Positions 1 to 16,205 are shown, numbered from the stretch's first letter. The stretch: DNA of 64,000 bases from Eledone cirrhosa (GCA_964016885.1 OZ024751.1:24056001-24120000), one strand, 5' to 3'. Notes: a model not told the origin generated them from the letters alone. Made by a program: numbers and translations.

Positions 1-21
1 TATAGAACCTTACTTCCCTTT

Positions 22-530
<509 letters not shown>

Positions 531-1452
531 ACGCAGATCCGTGTAACGTAGATTTTATGTGTATGTATAAATACGTACCTTTAACAACTGTTATAATAAC
601 GAAATAACTTATTTAAGAAGCATTACAAGATAAATCATATACGGCATTAATCAAACCAACTAACAATACGCAGTTATACATTTATAATTTCAAATATAGC
701 CTACGAATGACATATGTTAGCAGGCCTATATCCGTTTTTAGGCACTCCTGTTTATGCTCATTGTTTGAACGTACTCTTGTCTCCTCCATATTTTAAAATT
801 ACTGTCGAAATTTTGGTCGTTGTTATTCATATGTAATATTAATTCCCTTGCTTGCTTAATCACCTGTCTTTTGTTCGTACGATTTTGACATTTACGCAAT
901 TAATGTAACCATCATTTAGCATTAACCAGCTCTTTTATCTTAATTTCAGTCCCATTCTGGTCACTGTCCATCGTATAAACTTCGCCTCTTCCCTTCTTTT
1001 ATCTCTCCAAATTTGACCAATTCCATATAAACTTTTCATACCCTCCAATGGAATGTTAATGCTCAGCTACCACTACCCATTACTTTCCAGTTTTTGTGAG
1101 TTTAGAACTTAACACCTTTACAATGTAATTACTTTAGTTTCAACACACCGTCTCCAATCAAGTCATTTGCCAGAGAAATTACAATTCAACAAAAAAAAAA
1201 TCTGAGTTATATAAGTAAATATACCAATAGTACTTATCTAATTTTTACTTCAACATCTATAAATATCCTAAAATGGTTGACGAAAATTTTCATTCGCATA
1301 AGATTAAAACTGTTTAAAATTATCAAATTTCAACACCAATATCTTTCTCTTTCTTTCACTCCCCTGCTTTCTCTTTCTCTCTCCCTCTATCTCTCTCTTC
1401 CCTATCTTTCTCTAACTTTATATATATATATAATTATACTAGCTGTTGAAAG

Positions 1453-1529
<77 letters not shown>

Positions 1530-1553
1530 ATAAGTGTGTATGTATATATATAT

Positions 1554-1690
1554 AACAAAGGAATTGTGGTAAGGAACCAGATGGACCATAACGCACCAGA
1601 GTACTCAATACTTAGGGTAGTAGAGTGGGAAATAGGAAAAAGTATGACCCCGACGGCAGAGCTGAAGCCGTTTCGACGGCTATTTCTGGA
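1554..1690 (-). mobile_element. Family A (TA)n-inserted element, 3' half of hammerhead plus tail
   Basis: Minus strand reads TAGCCGTC-GAAA-CGGC...GCCG-TC-GGGGT, then ~95 bp of conserved sequence up to (TA)n. Eight other copies occur in the window. Confidence 0.8.
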
Positions 1691-1819
1691 GGAGCCCCAT
1701 AGCGTATCATTCTATATTTAGTTGTGGTCGGTGTGTGTCGGTTTGTATGTATTGCTTTTGTGCATACACTTTCAGGCTTATATCGCCACATGAATGGGTT
1801 GGGTACAAACCTCAAGAAT

Positions 1820-2055
1820 GAGGTTAACTTTGCCTTTCATCCATTGGAGGTCGATAAAAAGAAAAGTACCAGTCAAGTACTGGGTCGATTCTTCCACAGT
1901 GTCTCTTTCTAATTTCCCTTCTACTACACTCTATCCTTCCCTGGAAGATATCTGCTGTACTTAAACCTGGACAGGAGTTGGGCTTCGCTATGTTTTTAAA
2001 ATGTTCTAGTAATACCGCATTATAATACGGCGTCCCGCGGACTCCCTCTCAGAAG
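1820..2055 (+). mobile_element. tRNA-derived SINE, long-tail subfamily, 5'-truncated
   Basis: Contains the shared core AACTTTGCCTTTCATCC...GGTCGATAAAA...GTACCAG and the same 3' part as 4434-4760. Confidence 0.7.
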
Positions 2056-2069
2056 TTACGAAACAATAC

Positions 2070-2480
2070 TTTCATGCATCGTCTGGGATGCCACCTGCAC
2101 CAACAATTTCTGCAGCCGCAACCTGGTGCAGTCTGCGATTAACCCGGGTTCTGCTGCACGTCGGGCAGAGGAGGCTAAACTCCTAAAATACCAGTCGCTC
2201 TCCGACAGGTTTGCGGTTGTACCCCTGGCAGTGGAGACTTCTGGTGTCATTGGCCCTAGGGCTAACTCCCTCCTCACCACCATAGGCCCTGAGCTGGCCA
2301 GCCGCAGGTGTGAGCCCCGCGAGTTGGAGTGGCTTTTCCAGCGCGTCTCCCTTGCTGTCCTCCGGGGAAACGCCTTCTCCATACTGACCGCCAGAGCTGT
2401 GGAGGAGCCCCATCGCGTATCATTCCATATTTAGTTGTGGTCGGTATGTGTGTATTTGTATATATTGCTTTTGTTTTCAT
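2070..2480 (+). mobile_element. 3' end of a CRE-like non-LTR retrotransposon (restriction-like endonuclease domain plus 3' UTR)
   Basis: Translation WDATC...A...K..KY..L...F..VPLAVETSGVIG...LFQRVSLAVLRGNA matches the C-terminal RLE pattern of CRE-clade elements. It forms a GC-rich island. Confidence 0.75.
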
Positions 2481-2935
2481 TCAGCATCAAGTCATTCTTT
2501 ATTGCTTTTCTCTACTAATGAATTATATTTGGAAAAATAAAATATACACGGTTACGATTAAAAAAATAAAAATAAAAATAAAATTAAAATGCATGCATAA
2601 CTATTCTGGCAATCTACCAATCATGCATTCCCTAGAATTATTCAAACAAACGTTAACCATATAGTATACATCTGGTACAATTCATTGTTTTCTACACTCT
2701 AGAGTTATTGACATTTTCCATTTTCTTTATTTTCAAGTCAGCCACCTTTTTAACGATTTCAAACTACTCGTAAATTGTTCATTTCAAATAGATAGACACG
2801 TAAAATGTCTTGATCTGTATGTACGTGTAGATCTGTGTGTGTATGTGTGTACATAGATGAGTGCGTGTATGAATGTCTGTGTGTAGGAATCTGAGTGTAT
2901 GAGGTGAATATGTGTTTGAGTGTGTATGTGTGCAC

Positions 2936-3014
<79 letters not shown>

Positions 3015-3304
3015 TGTGTGTGTGTACATGTGTGTGTATATATATATGTGTGTGTGTGTACATGTGTGTGAGCGTATGTGTGTGAGCGTGTGTGTGTGTA
3101 CATGTGTGTAAGCGTGTATGTGTTTATATAGTTAAAGGAAAGATATTCCGTTTTTTAATACTTAAAATGACAAATATCGACAGATGGAAATATTAAATGA
3201 ATAAACAAATAGATTTCTCTTAGGATTATATTGTGTAGTTGTCAGAAATATACACACACACCAAGACATACACATATAGACACATATACATATACATATA
3301 CACA

Positions 3305-3383
<79 letters not shown>

Positions 3384-3568
3384 GAAAATAGAGAAATTAA
3401 TGTGAGCAAGAGCCCAACAGTAATTCATACATATAAGTGACTATAATTCAATCTCAATTCAAAAAAAGTCAAGACAGAAATTTTATTCACAGATTTTGTG
3501 TAATCCAGGGAAAAAACCAATAGAGTCTTAACTCAGAATAAAATTGGGGTAAATATATATATATATGC

Positions 3569-3612
<44 letters not shown>

Positions 3613-3638
3613 GCATATATACATATACCTATATATAT

Positions 3639-3675
<37 letters not shown>

Positions 3676-3702
3676 CATACGCATATATACATATACCTAT
3701 AT

Positions 3703-3776
<74 letters not shown>

Positions 3777-3791
3777 GCATATATACATATA

Positions 3792-3997
<206 letters not shown>

Positions 3998-4433
3998 GAA
4001 ATTCTTTGAGGTTTTCTGAACGATATGGGATTTTATATTTTATACTACAAACAACATTTAAGCATATCGAATAACCGTGGTAGCAAAATCCTGAATATCT
4101 AAGAAATAGTTTGATTCCTCAGCAAACAAACAACGTGCTTCTTCTCTGAAGATTCTTGAAATTCTATATACACGCCATATTTCTTTTTTCAGGATATGCC
4201 ATACCTTTTTCGTTATTCCACATGCCTGCCAGAATTATGTAAGTTAATACGAAATAGTTTAAAATACCTCAATTAAACCTTTAGTAACCGAATTTAAACC
4301 GTTTTTTCTTTCCGTAATATATGTTGGTGGTGTAGCATGCGATAGTTTAAATTAAAGATGCCGGATGAAACACGAATATATTTAGATCCACACGAATAGG
4401 AGAAAAGGATTTTGTTTCCAATAACTTCTCGAT

Positions 4434-4760
4434 AGGCGGCGAATTGGTAGAATCACTAGAACGTCAGATAGAATGCTTTGCGGTATTCGTTCCAGCTTTC
4501 TGCTCTCTGAGTTCAAATCCCACCGTAGTCAACTTTGCCTTTCATCCATTCGAGGTCGATAAAAAAATGTACCAATTAAATACTGGGGTAGATTCTTCCT
4601 CTATATCTCTTTCTCACATAAGTTGTCTTCCTCTCTATCCTTCTCTGGAAGAATTCTCCTGTATCGAATTATGAAGAAGGATGGAGTCTTCTAACTTTTG
4701 AAATGCCCTAGAAATACCGTATGCAATACGGTGCCCCTACGACTCCTTCAGAAAGGTACT
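4434..4760 (+). mobile_element. tRNA-derived SINE, long-tail subfamily
   Basis: GGCGGCGAATTGGTAGAATC head, box-B-like GAGTTCAAATCC, and the shared central domain. Confidence 0.8.
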
Positions 4761-5074
4761 GGACGATGCATGCATATGTGCATGCAACTTCTGTATACTG
4801 TTCACACCTGTGGATGAACAATGGATTTAAATACCGAGTAAAACAACTGGTATTTTGTTATAGATAAGACTACTTGTATAGAAAATCATAATCGTATTTA
4901 TTTATTTATTAACTTATTTGCATTATAAGACTTACACGAATAAAAGGCAGTAAGGCAGTGTGGCTGACACCATTATTAATACCACATGATCGTAGGTGCT
5001 CCGTCAGAAATCCACTGAGTTTATGATCTGTAATCGTATACTTTTATACTTTTCATACAACATTAAAATCATTT

Positions 5075-5141
<67 letters not shown>

Positions 5142-7964
5142 TATATAAATATTCGATAGAGAAAAACGTATGTAAATAACTTAATAATTAAAACAAATGA
5201 CAAAATATTAGGAAGGCTGCTGTTGTAATTTATTTCATTAGTAAAAATATAAACACTGCACAACTGAAGTATCATAGAACACCGTAATGATACACGCAAA
5301 CAAGGCAAACATCATTTGATTAAACTAAACTCTTTGTAAATGTAATTGATTTTCGATGATCATTGTTGACAATTGTAGCAGATTTGACAACAAATTTGAG
5401 AGTTATGCAAACAACCTATGTCTGCAGTCAATGGCTGACAAGATCAATGCTCCCCAAGCGTTGAAACTTCCAATCGACCTATTCAAATATTGACCTACTA
5501 ATTACATAGTCGTACACATTCCACAATTGTAACGTCAATAACCGAAAAATAAACAAGAGGAGCAGCAGCAACAAAAGCAACAACAAAAACAACAGTTTTA
5601 AGGCGATTTTCTTTGCTAAAACAGGAGTTAGTCTTGCAGAGAACTCCATGACAGGTTTTCACACTCATCAAACGGTTCTTTTCGAGGCAATCTGTTATTG
5701 TCGGCTGCCCTTTCTGGTGCAAAACGTTTATTGAATAAATAAATGTCTGTGGATAATAAAATCACATTCGAGCTATGTATACCTGTCTGCCGAATACAGT
5801 CGTATTACCAACTCATCTAATCTACGTCAGCTGATAATGAGTGCCAGCAAAAATCCTGTCCAGGTGGAGGTGGGGGAGACTTGTATTCTATGTTACTTCA
5901 CGCCAGGAAAACCGGGATAAGCATCGACCTGATGAGCTTCCTGGGCTCTAGACATCTTTAAAACATTATTTTAGAAGCGTTATAGTAATGGCACTGGTCA
6001 ACCCAAGTTATGTGAATGAAATTTATTTAAGTGAAGCTACACGGAAGGCTGTCAGATAGATTGTAGATAAATGTATTGTAGGTTCAATCCATTACCCAAG
6101 TCATTCGTATCATCTACACTTTAGGTGGGTTCCTTTTACAAAGTTCACCCCGTTTCATATATTTAAACGAGATTTGTAGCCTGCAAATAAGGTTTTCCTT
6201 TTTCTGCGCCACTCTCGAAAAATATCATGGGCTCGTCTAACTCTATCCAAATATTCTATTATTTGGCCTGCCATCATATTCACATCCTTCTATTCAATAC
6301 TAACTGCAGCTTTTTACTTCACATACAATACTAAAATATACATCATATAGATTATCACTTAATATTATAACTTATCGATTTAGCTATATATTTTCTAATA
6401 TTCAATTTTCTCTCTTTACTTCAACACGCTGAGGTACTTTAATTCGTTTTACGATGTCTAGAATATTCAATCTTCTTTATACTTCAGAGAGACAGAAAGA
6501 TAGGCATATGTATTGTGTTAGATTACTTTATTATATCTATAATATGCAGGTTTTAAAGTGAGACAGTCAGAATGATAAACAGAGAAAAATTGTTAGCTAG
6601 ATTTTCTATTGATAATCAAATATTTCAGAAGAGATCAATATAGTCTTCTAACTTGACTTGAAAATCCCTTATTCAATAAAGTAGAAGCAAAAGTCGAAAT
6701 ATGTCAAAACGATATGTCAAAACAATATGAAGAACTGTATATAAAAATACCAAATACCTATACTTAGTCACTCAAACTTTTCCGTCTAGAGTTCTTCTTA
6801 AATTATACAATTCACTAGAAATATTAACATCTTTTTGTTTATAGATAATTTGTGGAATATTCGATTTCTTCACCCTAAGTCAGCTTGTCAGCTAACTTCT
6901 TTTCTTAACATATTTTAGATAAGAAAAAAAAACACGTTAAAACACAAGTTAGAGAAACCAGATGAAGAAGAGAATACATTTAACAATACTCTCTCCCCCC
7001 CCCCCTCTCTCAATATAGAAAAGTTCAGTAAGTTCATCATTGCTAACCTTTATGGTGAAATCGTTAAAATGAAGAAAAGATATCAAACTAAAAAGAGTTG
7101 AAATAAATCAAACATATAAAAGAATAATACGAGAAATATATATGAGGAATGGGTTTGAGAAAAGAAATCTTCCTATACAACAGATCGAATTTAATCTTTA
7201 GATTATTATCATCGTTATTTTAATCTAAGTTTTTACAAGTTATATAACGCTGTCAAAATATAATCCCCGTAAAGTGCTTATAATTTTAATTCTAGAAAGT
7301 CAACTAACGAAGAATTTCATTATTCCTGGTCGTTATGAAGAAGATTAGATAAATTCGAAAACAATTTTAACTGTGTTTGTTTTAAAAAAAAAAAAAACGA
7401 AATGTGGTTAAATTTGCAGCTGGATATGTCGTTAAGCTTTCGGCTAATGCACACTCGTTCCGCATTGGTTGACATGCAAGGTTGTATGCACTGTGCAGTG
7501 TCTATGCTTTTCTTCTATCTTGCTGTAATTATTTAGATTAATCTTGACAGCTACTAAACCTATGTACTGTACTTTTATAGATGAGTAAAACTATATTGAT
7601 TTATTTAGAGTGTATCACGATACGACATAGTATATAAAACAAAAAATTAAATATGAAAATTTCGTTGAGTTTTTGAAACATTGTGATGAAATATGTCAAT
7701 TTGAGTTTATAAGAAATCCAAGTTTGAACCAGACATAAAAATAAACATAACTGAGTAAAGTTTCAGTAATTTATATTATGGATGCCTGAGTTGTAAAATC
7801 TAAAGTCAATACCGAATATTTTGGAAATCCGAACGCAAAGGTTAAGAATTATTGTTGTAATAGATTTTGTCTAGCGTAACCATCGTTTGCCAACCCACTC
7901 TTTTACTCTGTTCATTGTACATTAACGTAACAATCAAGACATTTTCTCAGTATGTAACTATATA

Positions 7965-8300
7965 TTAGACAGCAAGTCGTTAGAACGTTGGTTAAAATGC
8001 TAGCGGTATTGGTTTCGGCTATCTGCTTTTTTTTTTTTATTTTTAGTTCAAATCCTGCCGTGGACAACTTTACCTTTCATCTATTCGAGGTTGATAAAAA
8101 ATGTACCAGTCTAGTACTGGGGTCGAATCGTCCTCTATATCACTTTCTCATTTACATTTTCTTGCTTCCACTCTCTCTCTCTGTCTTTTTTTCTGGATGA
8201 AATCCGTTGTATTTATACCTGTAATGAAATGGGGTCCACCAGTTTAAAAGTGCTCTAGAAATGTGGTTTGTCAAAACAGTGCCCCTACGATTCCTTTATG
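7965..8300 (+). mobile_element. Diverged SINE copy, long-tail subfamily
   Basis: AGTTCAAATCC, central domain and GTGCCCCTACGA end are all present. Confidence 0.7.
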
Positions 8301-8407
8301 AATTAAGGGTCCATGTATACATACAACTATATTGCAGAAGATGGTGTTGAATTATTTAGAAACAATTTTTTACAGAAGGAAATTATCTCTAAACTATATC
8401 GATCCTT

Positions 8408-8540
8408 CTAGCTGTCCAAACATCCGGAACTTAGTCGTCGGGGTGCTGACTATTTTCTTATTACCCACTCTACTACCCTAAGTATTGACTACTCTGGAGC
8501 GTTATGGTCCACCTGATATCTTATCACACCCTCTTTGTTT
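8408..8540 (+). mobile_element. Family A element, diverged copy
   Basis: GTCGGGGT...ATTACCCACTCTACTACCCTAAGTATTGA...GTTATGGTCCA, followed by (TA)n. Confidence 0.7.
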
Positions 8541-8552
8541 GTTATAAATATG

Positions 8553-8586
<34 letters not shown>

Positions 8587-9080
8587 AAACATGAAAAGAA
8601 AGAAGAATACTGCGTGGTTGTACATAGGTTACATATGATAAAAATAGTCCTTCGTCAGTGATTTTCCAACCATCATTGGTATTTCATCGCATTAAAAATC
8701 ATATACCTCAGGTTGGTGCGAGCAATAACTAAAAAAAGTTATTGGGACCAGTAAGTCGCGTAAAGCGAGAGGGACAAGTGAACAACATAGAAGGATAAAA
8801 GCAAACCAAAGAAAGGAAATAAACAAGCAACATGGTTGTCCTGGTCAGCTTAAGCTGGGTGGATTTCATGACGTCCGGCGTGAGTGAGACGTAAGCAAGA
8901 AGAGACCCACTGTAAGCCAAACGGAAGGAAGTGAGAAGGGGAGAAACAGAGAGTGGGTGGGTGAAAGTGCGAGAAAGCGGTCAGTAGAGAGAAAGTCTAA
9001 CTGACAGAGGGGGCGAAAGAAGGTGAGAGAAGCAGTAAGAGAGAAACGGACAAACGCAGCCGAGGTAAATATATATAAAA

Positions 9081-9157
<77 letters not shown>

Positions 9158-9264
9158 TATATATATATAAAATATGAGTGTGTTCTGTTATTAATTCTGG
9201 CAATATTACAAAAATATGACCCTCCCCAAGTATAACAATATTATATATATATATATATATATAT

Positions 9265-9740
9265 ATTGTTTCTGAATTTGTTTATGAATTTGTTTCTGAA
9301 TTCTTTATCTGAAATCGTGTGTTGAAACCGATATTGTTATACTTTGGGAGGGTCATGTTGCCAATAAGAAACACACGCACCAGTTGCTTTCACTTCAATT
9401 TATTATATATTTATAAATTTATAAATTTATAAATTTACAAATCTACAAACTTATAAATTTCTGGTTGGTTGGTTGGTTCCACAACCAGATAGTTGTTTAT
9501 ATATAGTCATAGTCCTTTCGTCACACACTCTGTGACCTCTTCAGTGACTGGGGATTCCTTTCTTTGTTTCTGTGCCTTTCCTTTCTTCTGTCCTACGCCA
9601 TTTTGTGGAACCAACCAACCAACCAGAAATTTATAAGTTTGTAGATTTGTAAATTTATAAATATATAATAAATTGAAGTGAAAGCAACTGGTGCGTGTGT
9701 TTCTTATTGGCAACATGACCCTCCCAAAGTATAACAATAT
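9265..9740 (-). mobile_element. Family G (TA)n-inserted element with inverted partial copy
   Basis: Main copy ~9265-9600 and inverted arm ~9605-9740. Other copies at 17841-18230 and 62925-63055. Confidence 0.8.
9505..9549 (-). ncRNA. Type I hammerhead ribozyme, family G
   Basis: AGTCA-CTGAAGA-G-GTCACA(gagtg)TGTGAC-GAAA-GGAC-TA-TGACT: 5-bp stem I, 6-bp stem II, intact core. Confidence 0.8.
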
Positions 9741-9748
9741 ATATATAT

Positions 9749-9870
<122 letters not shown>

Positions 9871-11271
9871 CATATATGTGTGTGTACATAAAACGTGTAT
9901 TTCATTCAGATCCCATCTTTGAGATTTCACTCAGTAGGTAGTGATCAACCTGATGTTATAAATAAAGAAGAGAAGAGACACGTGGCTAAGGTACACAGAG
10001 TAAGATTGAAACCGGCGTCAACTGATAATTGCGAAGCTTATATCTTACTTAAGCATAACACTAAGCCATCGCCTGCGTATATTCAAACTAGAGTATCTCT
10101 TATTACATAGTTACAGCTCCCAGGAAAAGAAACATGCAGCCAAGGAGTAAATTATAATAAACAACCTGTAAATGTACTTTAAACAATCATCCCATAGCGT
10201 ATGATATTCCGCTACATGAATTGTAATTAACGAATGCTATTCTGAAAACGCCTTTCCTTTATTCATTCTAATTTATATGTTAATGAACTTTTATGAAGAA
10301 CTTCGGCATTAGGAAATACTCTTGTGGCACTGTTAGTGTACGTAGTTTTATTCAAAGCACATAATTATTCCACAAGATATTATGGTGCTATTTAAATGAT
10401 TGTATGTAAAATGTAAACAAGGAAATGAAATAAATAAATAAATAAGATAAAATATATAAATACATACAAAATTATAAATAAATGAAGTCAATAAATTCAT
10501 AAGATAAAATCAAAAATAAATAAATAGATTCATTTTAAAATAATAATATAAATAAAATAAATAAAATTAAAAAATGAATAAATTAAAAAAATTAAAATAA
10601 GATAAATAAAATAAAATTAATTAATTGTGTATGTGTGTGTCTGTATGTGTGTGAGAGTATTTGTGAATGTATGTGACGGTATTTCTATATCGATGTGTGT
10701 GATAGGATTTCTGTATGTATGTGTGTGAGAGTATTTGCGTATGTATGTGACGGTGTTTCTAACTGTATATGTGGGAGAGTATTTGTGTGAGAGTATTTCT
10801 GCATGTATGTGTGTGAGAATATTTGCGTATGTATCAGAAAATGTCAGCATTTATGTGTGTGTCGGTGTGTGACGATGTGTGTGTCGGTATGTGTCAGTGT
10901 GTGTGTCTGTATGTGTATGTATGTGTCAGTGTGTGTGTCTGTATGTGTATGTATGTGTCGGTGTGTGTGAAGCTGTATGGTCATTAATTAAAGGTCATAT
11001 CATTAAATTTCTTATAATAGCTTTTGTGTACTATTGATTCTTGTTATCATATCGATAGAATAATTGATTCCTATATATTAAGATATATGTGCGTCTGTAT
11101 GGGTGTACGCACGTGTGTGTTTTTATGTATGTTTGTGTGTATGTATATGTGTATGTATGTGTGTATATATGTATGTTTGTATGTATGTGTGTATGTATGT
11201 GTGTATGTACATACACAAACTCACACGCGCACATATATATGTATGTTTCACTCTATCTCCCTCTCTCTCTT

Positions 11272-11355
<84 letters not shown>

Positions 11356-11685
11356 AGGGCGGGGAGTCTAGAAGTTGAACAACATGAATATTTCTAATTA
11401 GACTTTGATGAATAATATTTTAAATATTTATTTATCAATAACTAATCGATTACATCTTGTCAGTCGACATCGGGTGCTTCTGGTGTTTTCTCGGTCCCCC
11501 AAGTGTCGTGAGGAAGGCGTCTAGTCTGTCGAAAGGGCTCTGTGAAGAAATGTGGCGAATGAGGCGGATATCGCTCTATATTTTCGAAGGCAAATCTTCA
11601 CTATCCTGTCTGAGGGCCCCAGCTGATACGTACGTACCGTCCAACCAACAGGGCAGAGACTTCCCCATCTCTAAATCACACCCCC

Positions 11686-11719
<34 letters not shown>

Positions 11720-12079
11720 ATACATTAACAGAGAAAGCCTGAAGCAATACTCCGACCGGTTTCCATCTCACTCAACAAACATTAAGATATACCTTAGTAT
11801 AATCCCAATTATACGTTTGGGGTGCTAACTATACGTATTTTGCGGATAGCCAGTTGTATTATTTTATATGAGACATAATTAAATACATCTCTCTTTCCAA
11901 GCGATCGTTTCATTATAAGTTTTCTACAAATTGGGAAAATAATGTCCAGGTTATGTAGAAGCCTACACATAGTCCATAGGAATATATGTAGGTGGGCACT
12001 TGTAAATCATCAGTGGATGCCCGACAATATCGATATATATATATATATATACATATATATACATATATATATATATAGA

Positions 12080-12360
12080 ATTAATAACAGAACACACTCA
12101 CTGTTTGGTTGGTTTTCGCTTCTCGCTGTCTTTTATATCTGTCTTTTATATCTGTCTTTTATATCTGTAAACTTACTCGGTCCTCAATGATGCCATTGAC
12201 GGGCCGACGGTCAAAAATAATACAGATACAATATAGACACAAACACATATATATAGTTTACATAATTTACATAAATCTTTCGTTGCACATCTGCAACATC
12301 GTCAGTGGTGTTATATTTTCCTCCTGTTGTGTTGTATGTCTACGCCATTTTTTATTCAGT
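12080..12360 (-). mobile_element. Family M element (distant relative of G) with hammerhead core at ~12270-12309
   Basis: CTGACGA-T-GTTGCA(gatg)TGCAAC-GAAA-GATT-TA; stem I is decayed. Homologous to 26770-27090. Confidence 0.65.
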
Positions 12361-12387
12361 CTGTCTATATATTTACAATATTAATAT

Positions 12388-12769
12388 ATACAATATATTA
12401 ATAAATGGAAACTATATTTATAAAACCATAATTATTTTATTCTATATATTTCAAGGGCAATCAAGGCAATTTTGGTGCACTTTCATCAGATAAAATACAA
12501 AATATATTTTATAAATGTTAACGTACCTGTAGTAAAACAACCTTGACGGTTGAAGGTTCGCTGGATAGTGGTATTTTATCTGATGAAAGCGCACCAAAAT
12601 TGCCTTGGTTGCCCTTGAAATATATATAATAAAATAATTATGGTTTTATAAATATAGTTTCCATTTATTAATATATTGAATATTTACTCCACTAAATTGT
12701 TGAGTGCTTTATATCAGTTATAAACATGTTTAAGCTTGTTGAAACCCAACAAATTAAATATAACCTCTG

Positions 12770-12773
<4 letters not shown>
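12388..12773 (+). mobile_element. Family C element: inverted arm plus main copy plus tail
   Basis: Arms 12391-12498 and 12571-12679 are reverse complements, and a ~90-bp tail runs to (TA)n. A related truncated copy lies at 40025-40160. Confidence 0.8.
12572..12636 (+). ncRNA. Minimal type I hammerhead ribozyme, family C
   Basis: TATTTTAT-CTGATGA-[AAG...CTT stem II]-GAAA-TATATA-TA-ATAAAATA: perfect 8-bp stem I and palindromic loop III. The mirror copy at 12433-12497 (-) has U16.1>G. Confidence 0.88.
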
Positions 12774-12827
<54 letters not shown>

Positions 12828-12830
<3 letters not shown>

Positions 12831-13028
12831 GGAAGTACAGCATATTCGAAGCCAGAGCATCAGCTAAGCCGACGAATGCTTTCAGCAGTGCAGCCAAGCA
12901 CTCGACAAGGTATAGGACCTCAGAGTAATAACATACAGTTTAAAGGGCTTTGCAAAATGAAGACAGCGACCGGTAATTCAGCCGGCGTCCGTAGCAACGA
13001 GAGAACTGACTCGTGAGAAAAGAATTCA
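12828..13028 (+). repeat. (TA)n-inserted dispersed repeat of unknown class
   Basis: Colinear with the reverse complement of 62705-62910 over ~200 bp, moderately diverged. Confidence 0.6.
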
Positions 13029-13061
13029 TACACATATACATACATATATATATATATATAT

Positions 13062-13216
<155 letters not shown>

Positions 13217-13693
13217 TGAATTTTTAAATAAAGCAATAAATACGCTAGACGCGTTCAGAATAGTTTATACTGTCGGGGAATATTGGAGGACTTTAATTAG
13301 GCATTATTAAATTAAGAAGCTAAATGTTCTAGAAGGAAATAACATAGTGTCTCGCCTTTAATACTCAAGATATAAAGCTAGGTACAGTAATTCGTGTACC
13401 ATGTATTTAATTTTCCACTCTAAAGTGCGCAATTCCGGTTTTATGTTCTCTGAATACTCTCCTTTGGGGTTGCAATAGAGAATATATAAATGATTGATGC
13501 AGTCTTTAATTACCAATGTCTTCCATCTATTTGGCATCTATCAATCTTTTTAAATGTGCACTATGTTAGAAAGTAAAGATGTACATATGTATCACAATAT
13601 ATAAATATATAAACTGGTGCTTTCTATACACAGGCAGTTAGATGGAAGAAAGTAGACACAGATATGACACACATACACACACATACACATACT

Positions 13694-13744
<51 letters not shown>

Positions 13745-13747
<3 letters not shown>

Positions 13748-13935
13748 CGAAGTAAATGTGGTAAGGAACCAGATGGACCATAACGCACCAAAGTACTCAA
13801 TATTTAGGGTAGTAGAGTGGGTAATAGGAACGAGTAGGACCCTGACGACTGAGCTCAAGCCGTTTCGACGGCCAATACTAGTCCAGTATTAGCCGTCGAA
13901 ACGGCTTGAACTCAGCCGTTGGGGTCCTACTCGTT

Positions 13936-13937
<2 letters not shown>
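13745..13937 (-). mobile_element. Family A element with inverted arm
   Basis: Main copy 13745-13878 and inverted arm 13879-13937 ending at GTTCCTA(TA)n. Confidence 0.85.
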
Positions 13938-13993
<56 letters not shown>

Positions 13994-14147
13994 TTAGAAA
14001 CACACAGATACATGCGGACACACACATATACATGAATGCATCCACACCCAACCGTGAGTTAATGGTGCCAACCTTACCGATGTTGCTCAATGAATGACTG
14101 GGACAGACCAATGCGGTTGAATTAGACTGAACCAGTATCAGAGTTAA

Positions 14148-14350
14148 AAATACATTATGAAGAGAGAAGAAACATTTAGATATAATGAGTAATAAAATGT
14201 ATCATACCTAAACTGCTCCTAGATTCCTCGACTACGTAGTTTCGTGGCATAAACAAAAACAATACATCATAAAGATATAGAGTCTTGATGGAGGTATGAT
14301 ACATTTTATTACTAATTATATCTAAATGTTTCTTCTCTCTTCATAATGTA
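14148..14350. mobile_element. Foldback insertion containing a hammerhead-like 3' half
   Basis: Arms ~14150-14210 and ~14292-14350. The minus strand at 14226-14245 reads GAAA-CTACGTAG-TC-GAGG (palindromic stem III, GUC site); no CUGANGA was found. Confidence 0.5.
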
Positions 14351-14414
14351 TATATATATATATGTATTTATTTATAAAATATAGATTTATATAAGTATAT
14401 TTATACACACATAA

Positions 14415-15011
<597 letters not shown>

Positions 15012-15381
15012 CATATTCGCTCTTAAATCTATGTACTGTAGTAACGTAGACAGCCACATAAAGAAAATCAATATATTCTTAGTATCCATCAAACTTATGA
15101 TCATATTACAAAAGGAAATGAAGTGTGAGATGTGAACAGAGAAGAATGAAAAGGTAGCGTTTCTTGGGTAATAGAACATTAAGATGGCGTAGTAAAGATA
15201 TTACGAAAACAGGCCTTATAACAACTTCGTACGTGAAACTTGACGTAAAAGCCAATTTCGTTCTTTATACAAAAACTACATGGCCTTCATTTATTTGAAA
15301 TTTAGCGAAGAATCATTACCAATGGGTTTCATTTATATATTATATATATTAATATATAAGTGTGTATGTTTCAGTGTGTGA

Positions 15382-15423
<42 letters not shown>

Positions 15424-15465
15424 TCATATACGTATATATATATATATATACGTATATATATATAC

Positions 15466-15664
<199 letters not shown>

Positions 15665-15687
15665 TTGTTAGAGAGAGAGAGAATTGA

Positions 15688-15740
<53 letters not shown>

Positions 15741-16162
15741 TTCATATACATATGTATACATATATATATCAGCGTAGTATCTCATTCTAGGGAAGTCGTG
15801 GGTAATGTATACTATTACACTTCAATGATAAAATGGATTATTGATATATGTGAAAGTGATGTGAAATGGATAAACTGCTTTCTCTGGAAACTCATTGTTA
15901 TTTATTTCGTAGTAATATATTAGAGAACGATGAGTATGCCAAATAGGAACTACATGGCCTGTCACATGTAAAACATAACAATAACAATTATATAAAAATA
16001 GATATATAAATATCTTTATATGTACATATATATATATATATATATATGTAATACATATTTATATATATACATAATACATATATATATATATATATATGTG
16101 TGTTTGTGTGTTTGTGTGTGTGTCTGAGCGTGCGTGTGTGTGTGTTTGTGTGTGTGCATCCA

Positions 16163-16205
<43 letters not shown>

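Noticed and set aside
5860-5955. GAAAAC...CTGATGAGC...GCTC as a hammerhead
   Set aside because: No GAAA follows the stem after CTGATGA and the stems do not close. It looks like an old SINE 3' region.
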